64,000 nt of DNA from Polyangiales bacterium. GTDB lineage: Bacteria; Myxococcota_A; Polyangia; Polyangiales; Polyangiaceae. Positions 9,770 to 18,884 of the stretch are shown here, piece by piece. Every line of letters starts with the position of its first letter. Position 1 is the first letter of the stretch. The notes beneath the pieces were generated by a model that saw only the letters and a list, made by a program, of their open reading frames with translations, was not told the origin of the DNA and ran no database searches. The stretch lies in contig JBBRLQ010000002.1 of NCBI GenBank assembly GCA_038231275.1, positions 384,001 to 448,000 on the forward strand, in the 5' to 3' direction. The translations under genes and the position numbers were made by a program.

Positions 9770-12325
9770 TCAGAGCTCGGCGCGCACGAGGACGAACTTG
9801 TTGCAGAGTGCACGGTCCGTGATCTCGCGGTACGCGCGCGCGCCGACCTCCGCGCGGAGGCCTCCCGTGCGGTTGTGCTCGGTGACGAAATACATCACCT
9901 TGACCCCCTTCTCGCGCTGCTGCTTCATCCATGCAGTGAACGCGGTGCCCGTCGAGACGAAGGTCGCCGCGCGATTGCCGGAGTAGAACGCCTCGCCCTT
10001 CCAGTTCATCTGGTAGGCGACGAGCGGCTCGGCCTCGTTGACGCGGCTCGTGTAATACGCGGCAATGACGTCGCGCTGACCCCAGTGCGCGGACACCTGG
10101 GTCATGTAGACGTCGAGGCAGAAGACCGCCCACGCGCCGCCGAGCACGAGCGTCGCGATCGCCGCGTACTTTCGGATGCGCGCGACGGCGAGGGCGACGC
10201 CCAGGACCACCGCCGCGCCGCCGAAGAGCGCGATCGTACGACCGTAGTCGAGCGTCTCGGGCCACACGCGCCGGTAGTTGTACGTGAAGAGCTGGAGGAG
10301 TCGGATCGCGCCGGGCGAGCTCGAGCCTGCAGCGGGCAGCGCGAGATCGTGGGCGACGAGCCCGAGGACGCACGCCCCCGCGATCGCCGCGCCACCGAGC
10401 ATCGTACGCTCGTGTACGCGACGACGCGCGCTCGTCCCGTCTTCGCCGCCAGCTCCGTCCGCCGCGCCGAGGACGTGGTCGAGCAGGACCCCTACGAGCA
10501 TCGCGAGCGGCGGCACCGCGGGGAAGATGTAGTGATGGAACTTGGTCCCCATGAACGAGAACAGCGCGAAGCCGATCAGGAACCACATCGCGAGGAACAC
10601 CGATGCGTCGCCGCGCCCGCGGTCGCCGGTGTCCTCGCGACGCAGCCACGCGAGCAGCGCCGCCGGCACGAGGCCGGTCCACGGGAAGACCGCGTACCCG
10701 AGCTGCCACACGTAATAGACGAAGCCGGTGTCGTCGCCCTCGTTGGTGTCGTGGATGTGCCCGACGGTGCGGTTGATCATGTGCTGAAAAATGAGCTGAT
10801 CGGTGAACTGGGCCCCGAGCCGTACGTACATGGCGACGTACCAGGGGAGCGCCACGACGAGGACGACGAGGAGCCCGCTCACCGGCGCGAGGTCGAGGAG
10901 ATCCTTCCACCTCCGCGTCGTCGCAACGTACGCGAGGACGCACCCTGCCGGCAGCACGATCCCCGCCGGCCCTTTGCCGAGCGTCGCGAGCGCCGCGCAG
11001 AGCCACGCGCCGACGCATAGGATCGGGCGGAGCCGGCGCTCGCCGCGGTTCAAGTAGAGGAGGAGGCCGATCGCCGCCGCGCCCACCAGCGCTTGCACGA
11101 GGGGCGGAGCGCCGGTCACCGTCGACGCCACCGTGCGACACGCCTCGTTGCCCGGGACGACGCCGCAGTTGCCCGCAGAGCCGCTGCGAAACATGTCCGC
11201 GTGGAGCCGAAATCCGTACGGACCGCTTCCATGGAGGACGAGCTCCACGTTGCGCGACGCAAGGTAGAGGAGCTGTGGCAACGCGCAGACGAGGACGCCG
11301 CCGAAGACGAGGTGCCACGCTGACACCCCAAAGGCGAGCCTCCCGACGCGAACGCGATGGACCCGCGCGACGAGCTCGCGGTCGGTGTGGAGCGCAAGGA
11401 GCAAGAGCCCCATCGCCGCCGACATCGCGGCTACGAACGGCATGTCGGTCATCGTCTGGTGCGCGAGGAAGAGCCAGTCGGGCATCGTCATGAGCACCAC
11501 TGCCCCGAGCGCACCCGCGCGACGGCCGAACACCTTCGCCACGCCCTTGTAGAGGAGGTAGAGCCCCGCGATCGCGAACAGCACGTTCGGCGCGCGCACG
11601 ACCCACTCCGGCCGCGCGACGTGACCAGCTGCGCCGAGGAGCATCTCTCCCGGCGCGTACCCGGTGCCGAGCGACGCCATCGCGAGCGACTGCATCCAGA
11701 ACGTGAGGACCGGCTTCGAGAGGAACCACCCCTCTTGCACCCACCAGAGCGAGATCCAATCGTCGCGCGACAGGATCTCGCGCGAGACCTCGCCGTAGTG
11801 CGTCTCCCACGGATCCCAGAGCGATCCGGCGCCGAGGGCCGGCAGATAGAGGAGGGACGCGGCGACCACGATCCAGAAGCCGTGACGGCGGTGGAGCGGT
11901 CGCGCAGCGCCGGTCTCGTCGGTCGCCCAAGGCCCGAGCGTCTCCCCTGCGCGATAGAGCGCGACGACGAATGCAAGGAACGTCGCGGTGACGAGCGCGC
12001 CGCACGCCCACGTCGGACCGATCCCGGTCTGCGCGAACGCCAGCGAACCTGCGAACGCGAGGGAGAGTCCCAGGACGGCGGCGAGGCGCGGCGCGAGGCG
12101 ACGAAGCGTGGTCTCGGACGCGGCCTCTTCGTCGGATGCATCGAACGATCCGACGAGATCCATCACGCCCCACACCGCCACGAGGACGCACACCAGCCCC
12201 AGCGGGACACCCCACCGCAGTCGGCCATTCTGCGCCATGAGCACAAACGCCCCGAACGCGCCGAGCCCCGCCACGAGCCCACCTCGGCGCAGGTGGAGCG
12301 GCCGCTTCCCAAGCAAGTTCCCCAT
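9770..12325 (-). CDS. GT-C fold glycosyltransferase (ArnT/PMT, GT39/83-like); start uncertain
   Basis: LWDPWETHY, SKPVL, KGPAG, PWY and TKFHHYIFP motifs; many TM helices. Confidence 0.8.
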   Translation of the reverse strand: MGNLLGKRPLHLRRGGLVAGLGAFGAFVLMAQNGRLRWGVPLGLVCVLVAVWGVMDLVGSFDASDEEAASETTLRRLAPRLAAVLGLSLAFAGSLAFAQTGIGPTWACGALVTATFLAFVVALYRAGETLGPWATDETGAARPLHRRHGFWIVVAASLLYLPALGAGSLWDPWETHYGEVSREILSRDDWISLWWVQEGWFLSKPVLTFWMQSLAMASLGTGYAPGEMLLGAAGHVARPEWVVRAPNVLFAIAGLYLLYKGVAKVFGRRAGALGAVVLMTMPDWLFLAHQTMTDMPFVAAMSAAMGLLLLALHTDRELVARVHRVRVGRLAFGVSAWHLVFGGVLVCALPQLLYLASRNVELVLHGSGPYGFRLHADMFRSGSAGNCGVVPGNEACRTVASTVTGAPPLVQALVGAAAIGLLLYLNRGERRLRPILCVGAWLCAALATLGKGPAGIVLPAGCVLAYVATTRRWKDLLDLAPVSGLLVVLVVALPWYVAMYVRLGAQFTDQLIFQHMINRTVGHIHDTNEGDDTGFVYYVWQLGYAVFPWTGLVPAALLAWLRREDTGDRGRGDASVFLAMWFLIGFALFSFMGTKFHHYIFPAVPPLAMLVGVLLDHVLGAADGAGGEDGTSARRRVHERTMLGGAAIAGACVLGLVAHDLALPAAGSSSPGAIRLLQLFTYNYRRVWPETLDYGRTIALFGGAAVVLGVALAVARIRKYAAIATLVLGGAWAVFCLDVYMTQVSAHWGQRDVIAAYYTSRVNEAEPLVAYQMNWKGEAFYSGNRAATFVSTGTAFTAWMKQQREKGVKVMYFVTEHNRTGGLRAEVGARAYREITDRALCNKFVLVRAEL

Positions 12326-12377
12326 CCCGCGCAGAACGCCGGCGCGGCGAGACCGATTCCACATTACTCTCCCGCCC

Positions 12378-13247
12378 ATGTTGTCCCGCCGTACCCAAGC
12401 CGCCGTCCTCGTCCTCACCGCAACGGTGGCGTGTGGCTCGACCAAGCAGGGCTTCACGGACGGGGACGGCGGCGATCAGGGTGGAGGCTCTTCAGGCACG
12501 TCAGGCGCCATCGGTGACGGCGGCACGTTCAACGACGACGTCCACGTCTCCCCTCCGAACCTCGTCGCCGAGGTCTACGGGCACAGCGCTGATACGCTCT
12601 ACCGCCTCGATCCGAACACCAAGGCGGTGACGACGATCGGCGCATTCAACGGGTGCAGTAGCGTCATCGACATCGCGATCGACGCCACGTCGCGCCTCTT
12701 CGGGACCACGTCGACGTCGCTCTACGCGATCGACAAAGGCACCGCCAAGTGCACGCACGTCGCGAGCGGCTCGTACCCCAACTCGCTCTCGTTCGTCCCC
12801 AAGGGGACCGTCGACGCGAACGTCGAGGCCCTCGTCGGCTACGAAGGCAGCGACTATGTCCGCATCGACCCGAGCACCGGCGCGAAGATCACGATCGGCT
12901 CGCTCGGCCAGGGGCTCACGTCGAGCGGCGACATCGTCTCGGTGAAGGGCGGCCCCACCTACCTCACCGTCAAAGGCAACGGCTGCTCCGACTGCCTCGT
13001 CGAGGTCGACCCGAAGAACGGCGCGATGCTCAAGAACTGGGGCTCGGTGAAGCACGCCAACGTCTTCGGCCTCGCGTTCTGGGCCGGCAGCGTCTACGGC
13101 TTCGACGACGCGGGGGATCTCTTCGAGGTCACCGTCGCCAGCGGCACGCTCGCGACGAAGGCGATCGCGATCCCGGGCGGCACGAGCGGCCTCTCCTTCT
13201 GGGGCGCGGGCTCGACGACGAGCGCGCCGGTCGTCCCGACCAAATAG
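12378..13247 (+). CDS. Lipoprotein, predicted beta-propeller-like
   Basis: Lipobox (TVAC), Gly-rich linker, repeated LYxxD / IDPxTG blade-like units. Confidence 0.65.
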   Translation: MLSRRTQAAVLVLTATVACGSTKQGFTDGDGGDQGGGSSGTSGAIGDGGTFNDDVHVSPPNLVAEVYGHSADTLYRLDPNTKAVTTIGAFNGCSSVIDIAIDATSRLFGTTSTSLYAIDKGTAKCTHVASGSYPNSLSFVPKGTVDANVEALVGYEGSDYVRIDPSTGAKITIGSLGQGLTSSGDIVSVKGGPTYLTVKGNGCSDCLVEVDPKNGAMLKNWGSVKHANVFGLAFWAGSVYGFDDAGDLFEVTVASGTLATKAIAIPGGTSGLSFWGAGSTTSAPVVPTK

Positions 13248-13355
13248 TCGACCATCTTTTCCGAGGAAGCTTTCTGGGGGCGGCCGCGTAAGTTCGCGCC
13301 GGGCGGCATCCATTCCGTCCGCTTTGCGTTCCACGTTCGTCGAAAGGTCCCGACC

Positions 13356-14246
13356 ATGCTCCGAACGAGCTCTCTCGTCACCGCCGCCATTCTCTCCGCG
13401 ATCGGCTTCGCGTCGCTCGCCGCCGGGTGCAAGAGCACATCGACGACGACGGAACCCCGGAAGTCCAGCAAGGGCGAGGTCTGCCAGACCACCAACGACT
13501 GCGCCGACGGCCTCGACTGCGTCCCGCGCGCGAACCAGCCGGGCGGCCTCTGCGTGAAGGGCGAGTTCAACGTCACGCCGACTGCCAAAGAGTGCGCGGT
13601 CATCCAGTGCGCCCAGCCGGTCGACTGCTGCCCGACGGTGCCGCAAGGAATCGACTGCACCCAGCTCAACTCCGAGTGCCAGCAGTTCGGCCCGACGTCG
13701 TCGTACTGCACCGAGTACAAGAGCTACTGCGCGTGCGACGGCTCGAAGTACGCGTGTACGAACGGCTCGTGCCAGTCCATCTGCGCGACCGCCACCGACT
13801 GCGGCGGCGGCACCACGTTCCAATGCACGAACGGCAAATGCGTGCAGTGCTCGAACGACTCGCAATGCAACAACGGCAACGTGTGCAGCGACGTCGGCCA
13901 GTGCGTCCCGCCGTGCAAGACGGACACGGACTGCTCGGCGTTCAACCGCTGCGCAGCCGGCCACTGCACCTCGGCGGGCGGCTGCCAGAGCGATCGCGAG
14001 TGCATCGCGTCGACCAAGAACGTGACTGCGACCTGCGCCAAGGACGGCACCTGCGTCGTCCCCTGCCAGAGCGATCTCGAGTGCGGCAACCCCGAGGAGT
14101 ACCGGTTCTACTCGTGCATCTCGAACCAGTGCATCTACGTCGGGTGCGCGTCCGACAAGGAGTGCCAGCTCTACCTCGGCGCCGCCGGCGGCGGGGGCGG
14201 CGGCAAGCACCAGCAGATCGTCTGCCGCGACAAGGCGACGAAGTAG
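13356..14246 (+). CDS. Cysteine-rich repeat lipoprotein
   Basis: Lipobox LAAGC; repeated CxxDxxC units. Confidence 0.8.
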   Translation: MLRTSSLVTAAILSAIGFASLAAGCKSTSTTTEPRKSSKGEVCQTTNDCADGLDCVPRANQPGGLCVKGEFNVTPTAKECAVIQCAQPVDCCPTVPQGIDCTQLNSECQQFGPTSSYCTEYKSYCACDGSKYACTNGSCQSICATATDCGGGTTFQCTNGKCVQCSNDSQCNNGNVCSDVGQCVPPCKTDTDCSAFNRCAAGHCTSAGGCQSDRECIASTKNVTATCAKDGTCVVPCQSDLECGNPEEYRFYSCISNQCIYVGCASDKECQLYLGAAGGGGGGKHQQIVCRDKATK

Positions 14247-14283
14247 TCGCGACCGCGAAGGCCCGCCGTCAGGATGGGATTTT

Positions 14284-15309
14284 TCAGATCCCGCTGACGG
14301 CGAGGAATTTCCAGAGGTATTCGAGGACGACGCGATCGTGCTCGAGGCTGGACATGTACACGAACGCCGGGACGCGCAGATCGTCGAGCGCGGGGATCGG
14401 CGACCACCCGTCGAACGCGTAGTACGCGCCGGCGCCGTGCGACTCCATGAACGTCTTGAGGCGTAGCCCGAAGTCGCGGCTCTGGCGCGCGGTGCCGCTC
14501 TTCCTGCAGAAGACGAGCCCGAAGTGGCGCGGATCGGGCGCGTCGGGGCGAAAGTCTTCGGGCCGCTCGCGCAGGAACGCCGTGAGCGCGCTCGTGTCGA
14601 CGTAGAACGCGTCGAGCAGGTACACGTCGCGGACGCGCTCGACGCGGCCATTGGCGAGCGCAGGCAAGAGGCCCTGGTACCCGCCGCTCGACGCGAGGAG
14701 CATCACGCGCTGCACGTCCTCGTAGCGCCGCGCGCCGAGCTCGGGGACGAGCGCGACCTCCACGAGCTCCTTCACGAAGCGCCGGAGCCCGCCGATCTTG
14801 CCGAGCTTGCCCGGATCGCTGCTCTTCTGATCGTACGCGAGCTGCGGCACGACGAAGATGGCGCCGGTGCCGCTGCGATCGACCTGCGCCGGGATGTCGT
14901 AGCCGGTCCGCTGCTGCTCGCCGGGCGTGCAAATCTTGCCGCCGCGACTCACGTAGCTGTCGATGCAGTTCTTGAAGCCGTGGAAGACGACCGCCAGGTG
15001 CAGCGGCCGGTTCGGATCGAAATTCTTGGGGATGTACACCCACGCGTTGTTCCGGACCTCGTCGTTGCCGCTGTCCAGATGAAGCTTGAGCGCGCGGCCG
15101 GTGGGAGGGGGAAGATCCTCCGGCGTCGCGTCGCTCGGCACGATCGGGTCGGGGACCGCCATGGCCGCGGCCTGCGCGGTCGCCACCCGAAAAATCGGAG
15201 CTTCGGCGTGCTGCCCTTCCGCAAGCACCGCGACGAGCGACGCTCCCGCGCACAGCCCAATGGCGAAGGCGCGAGACGCGGGGCGCGGGGAGGCGCGAAA
15301 GAAGCGCAC
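14284..15309 (-). CDS. Secreted alpha/beta-hydrolase-fold protein
   Basis: Signal peptide; VVFHGF, LASSGGY and LLDAFY motifs. Confidence 0.6.
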   Translation of the reverse strand: MRFFRASPRPASRAFAIGLCAGASLVAVLAEGQHAEAPIFRVATAQAAAMAVPDPIVPSDATPEDLPPPTGRALKLHLDSGNDEVRNNAWVYIPKNFDPNRPLHLAVVFHGFKNCIDSYVSRGGKICTPGEQQRTGYDIPAQVDRSGTGAIFVVPQLAYDQKSSDPGKLGKIGGLRRFVKELVEVALVPELGARRYEDVQRVMLLASSGGYQGLLPALANGRVERVRDVYLLDAFYVDTSALTAFLRERPEDFRPDAPDPRHFGLVFCRKSGTARQSRDFGLRLKTFMESHGAGAYYAFDGWSPIPALDDLRVPAFVYMSSLEHDRVVLEYLWKFLAVSGI

Positions 15310-15335
15310 GATACGTTCAGATTACACGCAAACGC

Positions 15336-15953
15336 TCAACGCCGCATCGCCGCGCGGATTTCCTCGGGCTTCGCCAGGCCAGTCTTTTTCCACACCAGGT
15401 GCCCCTTGACGTCGAGGACGACGAGCGCCGGGATCAGGTGAACGTCGCCGAAGGGCCCTCCCCCGCCGATCGTCTCTTTGTCGGCGAGCGCGACGGGGAA
15501 CGTCACGTTGAGGTTCGTCTTGTAGACCTCGACGAGCTCGCGCTCGGTCTGCTGCTCGAGGGCGACGAGGGCGTAGTTCACCTTGTCGCCGTCGTGCTTC
15601 GCCATCGCGACGAGGAAATTGACCTGCGCCTGGCTGCCGAGATCGTACGTCGTGACGAAGGCGATCACGGTGACCTTGCCCTGCATCGCAGACGACGCGA
15701 CGCGCCGCGCATCGAGTGAGTCGTAGGCGAAATCGATCGCGCTGCCGGTGACCGGCTCGGGGGTGGCGACGTGAGACACGCCGACCGGATCGGGCGGGGG
15801 TTTGCTCCCGCACGCGACGATCACATGGGCCACGAGCGCCAACCCCGTCACGCCGAGGGAGACGCCGAGGAGGGCGCTACTCGTCGCCCTTTTGACCGGT
15901 GAAGGCGTCGTTCTTGTTCGCGAAGAGCACATTGAACGTCGTGAGCGAGCCAT
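15336..15953 (-). CDS. TlpA/thioredoxin-fold lipoprotein lacking CxxC; true start probably downstream of 15953
   Basis: GKVTVIAFVTTYDLGS, TFPV and IPALVVLDVKG match the TlpA layout; lipobox IVAC. Confidence 0.7.
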   Translation of the reverse strand: MARSRRSMCSSRTRTTPSPVKRATSSALLGVSLGVTGLALVAHVIVACGSKPPPDPVGVSHVATPEPVTGSAIDFAYDSLDARRVASSAMQGKVTVIAFVTTYDLGSQAQVNFLVAMAKHDGDKVNYALVALEQQTERELVEVYKTNLNVTFPVALADKETIGGGGPFGDVHLIPALVVLDVKGHLVWKKTGLAKPEEIRAAMRR

Positions 15954-16542
15954 AGCACTGGGTGATGTACTGCTGGAGCTGCACCTTCTCCTCGTCGGTC
16001 AGCTTGCTGCCGTTCACCTTCTGCTCCAAAACACGCAGCTTGTCCCGGATCATGACGACCTTGTGGAAGAGGCTCTCGATGGGGATGCGCTTCTCGGCCG
16101 TCCCCTCCTTGCCAGGCTTCATCACGAGCTCGCCGCCGCTCCATCTACCGCCGAGCTCGACGTCGGAGACGCCCAGCTCGTCGCGGATCACCTCAGTCAA
16201 CACTTGACGAAACTCTTCGGCGTCCATTTCGAGCAAATCCTCCGGCAATCGAACCTCGGTCGGCTCGCGCGGGATGGGCGCGCCGCCGGGGCTCGGGGTG
16301 GTCGTCGTGCGGCGCCGCCGGGTGAGCGGCGCCTTCTTCACCGTGCTCCCGAACGTGCCCTTCTGCACGTACTGCGAGCAGGTGTTGGTCTCGTAGATGG
16401 GCGAAGGCCACACGCCGAGGAGGCAGTCGCCTTGGCGCCGCACCTCGCCGTTCTCGTCGGTCTTCTCGACGACGCGCACGAACCGAGCGCACGTACCGCA
16501 GCGGCGAGCCAGCTGCAGCAGGTCCGGCCGGTCCGCGCTCAC
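15877..16542 (-). CDS. Conserved hypothetical protein with N-terminal Cys cluster and helical C-terminal domain
   Basis: CGTC...C...C; FHKVVMIRDKLRVLEQ...YGSLTTFNVLF; GTG start overlaps the upstream stop. Confidence 0.7.
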   Translation of the reverse strand: MSADRPDLLQLARRCGTCARFVRVVEKTDENGEVRRQGDCLLGVWPSPIYETNTCSQYVQKGTFGSTVKKAPLTRRRRTTTTPSPGGAPIPREPTEVRLPEDLLEMDAEEFRQVLTEVIRDELGVSDVELGGRWSGGELVMKPGKEGTAEKRIPIESLFHKVVMIRDKLRVLEQKVNGSKLTDEEKVQLQQYITQCYGSLTTFNVLFANKNDAFTGQKGDE

Positions 16543-17288
16543 TCGTCCCCGCTCCCGAGCTCCGGCGCGAACAGATGGCTGAAGCGACGCAGCGCCTCGG
16601 GGGCGGGCTTGCCTGCGCGTCGATGCGCGACCACGGCGTGAGCGAGCTCCTCGACGACCATCGGCATCGGGGTGAGCTCGAGCTCGGCGCCTTCGGCCTC
16701 GGGGATCCCGTCTTCGTCGCGCAGGTGACTGAGGGGCTCGTGGCGCGCGCTCACCACTCCGTCGGCGTGGTAACGGCATACGAGGAGCTCCACGAAGTCG
16801 AGGTACAGCGGGCTCACGATGACGCAGAGCTTGTCGCCGTTCGTCGTCGTACCCCGCAGCGCGTGGCGCGCGCTCGCCGCGTGAGGGCCCGCCTCGGTGA
16901 GCACCGTCTCGATGCGGGACCGACGTTCCAGATCGCTCTCCACCGCGAGCAGCGGCGCGTAAAGCGCCACGCGCGGCACGCGGACGCCAGGCGCGTCGAC
17001 CTCGAGCGCCGTCAGCCACGCGTCGCGCCCCTGCGACGGGAGCGACTCGTACGCGAGCGCCGCCGCCATCGCCGCCTTGGGATCGCTCGCCAGCGCGCCA
17101 AGCCACGAGCGCCACGCCGCGTGCGCCCGTGCGTCGATCTCACCGCTCTTCGCTTCTTCTCCGAACATCGTCGTCACTTCAGGGACCCCCTCTCGCGCGC
17201 TCTCGTCCGACACCTCGTGCGGTTCGTCGCCGCTTGGGTCGTCCGGACTTTCGCGCGCGCTTCCCATCGAGAGGCGGCAACCTACCAA
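16539..17288 (-). CDS. Hypothetical protein (start uncertain)
   Basis: Plausible composition; coupled to the downstream gene. Confidence 0.55.
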   Translation of the reverse strand: MVGCRLSMGSARESPDDPSGDEPHEVSDESAREGVPEVTTMFGEEAKSGEIDARAHAAWRSWLGALASDPKAAMAAALAYESLPSQGRDAWLTALEVDAPGVRVPRVALYAPLLAVESDLERRSRIETVLTEAGPHAASARHALRGTTTNGDKLCVIVSPLYLDFVELLVCRYHADGVVSARHEPLSHLRDEDGIPEAEGAELELTPMPMVVEELAHAVVAHRRAGKPAPEALRRFSHLFAPELGSGDE

Positions 17289-17339
17289 TCCACGCGCAGG
17301 AGTAAAGAGTCCCCGGCCCTCGCGGACGTCGCGCTCCGC

Positions 17340-18128
17340 ATGTCACGCGAGCCCTTTCTGTCGCTTGACATCCGCGACCGCGACCGCTCCGATCGAGGTC
17401 TGGTGACGGGGCCCAAGAAAGGCACGCAGCCGCGCGCGGCAGGAACGGATCCGCCCGAGGTCGTGGCGCGCATTCAAGAGGGCCTCGATCTGGTCGACCT
17501 CAACGCGCGCCAATTCTGCAAGCGCCTCGGCCACGCTCTCGCGAAGGACGAGATCGCATCGTACGGCCACGAGGGGCTCCTGCACGCGGCGCGCTCGTTC
17601 GAGGCGGAGCGCGGTGTTCCCTTCCGACGTTGGGCGAACCTTCGCGTGCGCGGCGCGATCCTCGACGGGCTCCGATCTCAAGGCGACCTTCCGCGCCACG
17701 TGCACCGTCGCCTCAAAGCGATCGAGTCCGGTGACACGATGCAGGGCGCGCTCCTCGAAGAGCAGTCGGCGTCGCCGCCCACGACCGCAGAGGACGCCGA
17801 CAAGCGACTGACGACCTACCTCGCCGGCATCGCCACCGCCATGGCCCTCGGTGTGGTCGGCGACGCGCGCGGAGGTGACCTCGATGCGATCGCCGATCGC
17901 GCACCGACGCCAGAAGAGTCGACCCTGCGCGACGAGACTGCGCGCGTCCTCGGCGAGCTCGTCGATGCGCGACCGGACGACGAGCGCACGCTCCTCCGCC
18001 GCCACTACTTCGACGGCGCGACCTTCGAGGAGGCTGCGCGGGAGATCGGCCTGTCGAAGTCGTGGGCGAGCCGCCTCCACGCGCGGGCTGTCGAAGCCAT
18101 CGCGCGCGAGCTGAAGAGGAGAGGGTAG
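17340..18128 (+). CDS. RNA polymerase sigma factor, FliA/WhiG (sigma-28) family
   Basis: GLLHAARSFEAERGVPF..A..RVRGAILDGLR region 2; EAAREIGLSKSWASRLH region 4. Confidence 0.85.
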   Translation: MSREPFLSLDIRDRDRSDRGLVTGPKKGTQPRAAGTDPPEVVARIQEGLDLVDLNARQFCKRLGHALAKDEIASYGHEGLLHAARSFEAERGVPFRRWANLRVRGAILDGLRSQGDLPRHVHRRLKAIESGDTMQGALLEEQSASPPTTAEDADKRLTTYLAGIATAMALGVVGDARGGDLDAIADRAPTPEESTLRDETARVLGELVDARPDDERTLLRRHYFDGATFEEAAREIGLSKSWASRLHARAVEAIARELKRRG

Positions 18129-18198
18129 AGAGGGCCGTCCGTTTCGGCGCAACTTCTCACCCGTGGTGCCGATGGGGAGGAGAAGAGGAGAGCCCCCC

Positions 18199-18531
18199 AT
18201 GCCCGTCACGCCCGCCCGCGAAGCCCGCATCGTCACGCGCGCCACCTTTGACGCCCCGCAGTCGTCCGGCGCCGCCTCGCGACCGAGCGCCGTGTCCCCC
18301 GAGGGCGAGCCCAGCGCGTTTCAGCGTGTGCTCCACGGCATCGGCCGCGAGGTCGAGCGGGGCGAGTCGACGGTTCGGCGCGCGCTCCAAGCCGGAGGAG
18401 CAATGGGAGGCGCCGAGCTGCTCGCGCTGCAAGCTGGCGTCTACCGCTACAGCGAGACCGTGGACCTCGCCGCGAAGCTGGTGGATCGCGCGTCCAGCGG
18501 TGTGAAGACGGTTGTTCAGGGCCAGTCGTAG
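18199..18531 (+). CDS. Small protein resembling T3SS inner rod (EscI/YscI/HrpB2-like)
   Basis: C-terminal ELLALQ...YS..VDLAAKLVDRASSGVKTVVQGQ amphipathic pattern; RBS GAGGAG. Confidence 0.5.
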   Translation: MPVTPAREARIVTRATFDAPQSSGAASRPSAVSPEGEPSAFQRVLHGIGREVERGESTVRRALQAGGAMGGAELLALQAGVYRYSETVDLAAKLVDRASSGVKTVVQGQS

Positions 18532-18884
18532 CCCGCGCACCCTTCTTTTCCCGTGTTTTGACTAATAACTACATTGTCTGACACTGTACGTGTTCAGCGG
18601 TATCCGTGCGACCCAGCCCCCCATTTAATCACTTATTGCGGAACATTCCACACAGGGCGGCTGAAATGGCGACACGTTGCATACCTAAATGAATTTCCCT
18701 ACCTGATCCGGTTTGCACCCACCCCGGTACCCACTATTGGGAAGCCCGTCGTACGGTGGACCCCGGGGAGAGGTCGGGCCCCGAAGCCGCGCGGCGGTCG
18801 CTTCAGAACCATGACCGGTGGGAAGAGCGCATAGACGCGTCGGCGTCTCGATCTGCCCGCACGGCCAAAAGGGAGAGCCACATC

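Noticed and set aside
18667-18681. TGGCGACACGTTGCA as a sigma-54 promoter
   Set aside because: GG-to-GC spacing is 9 nt rather than the required 10
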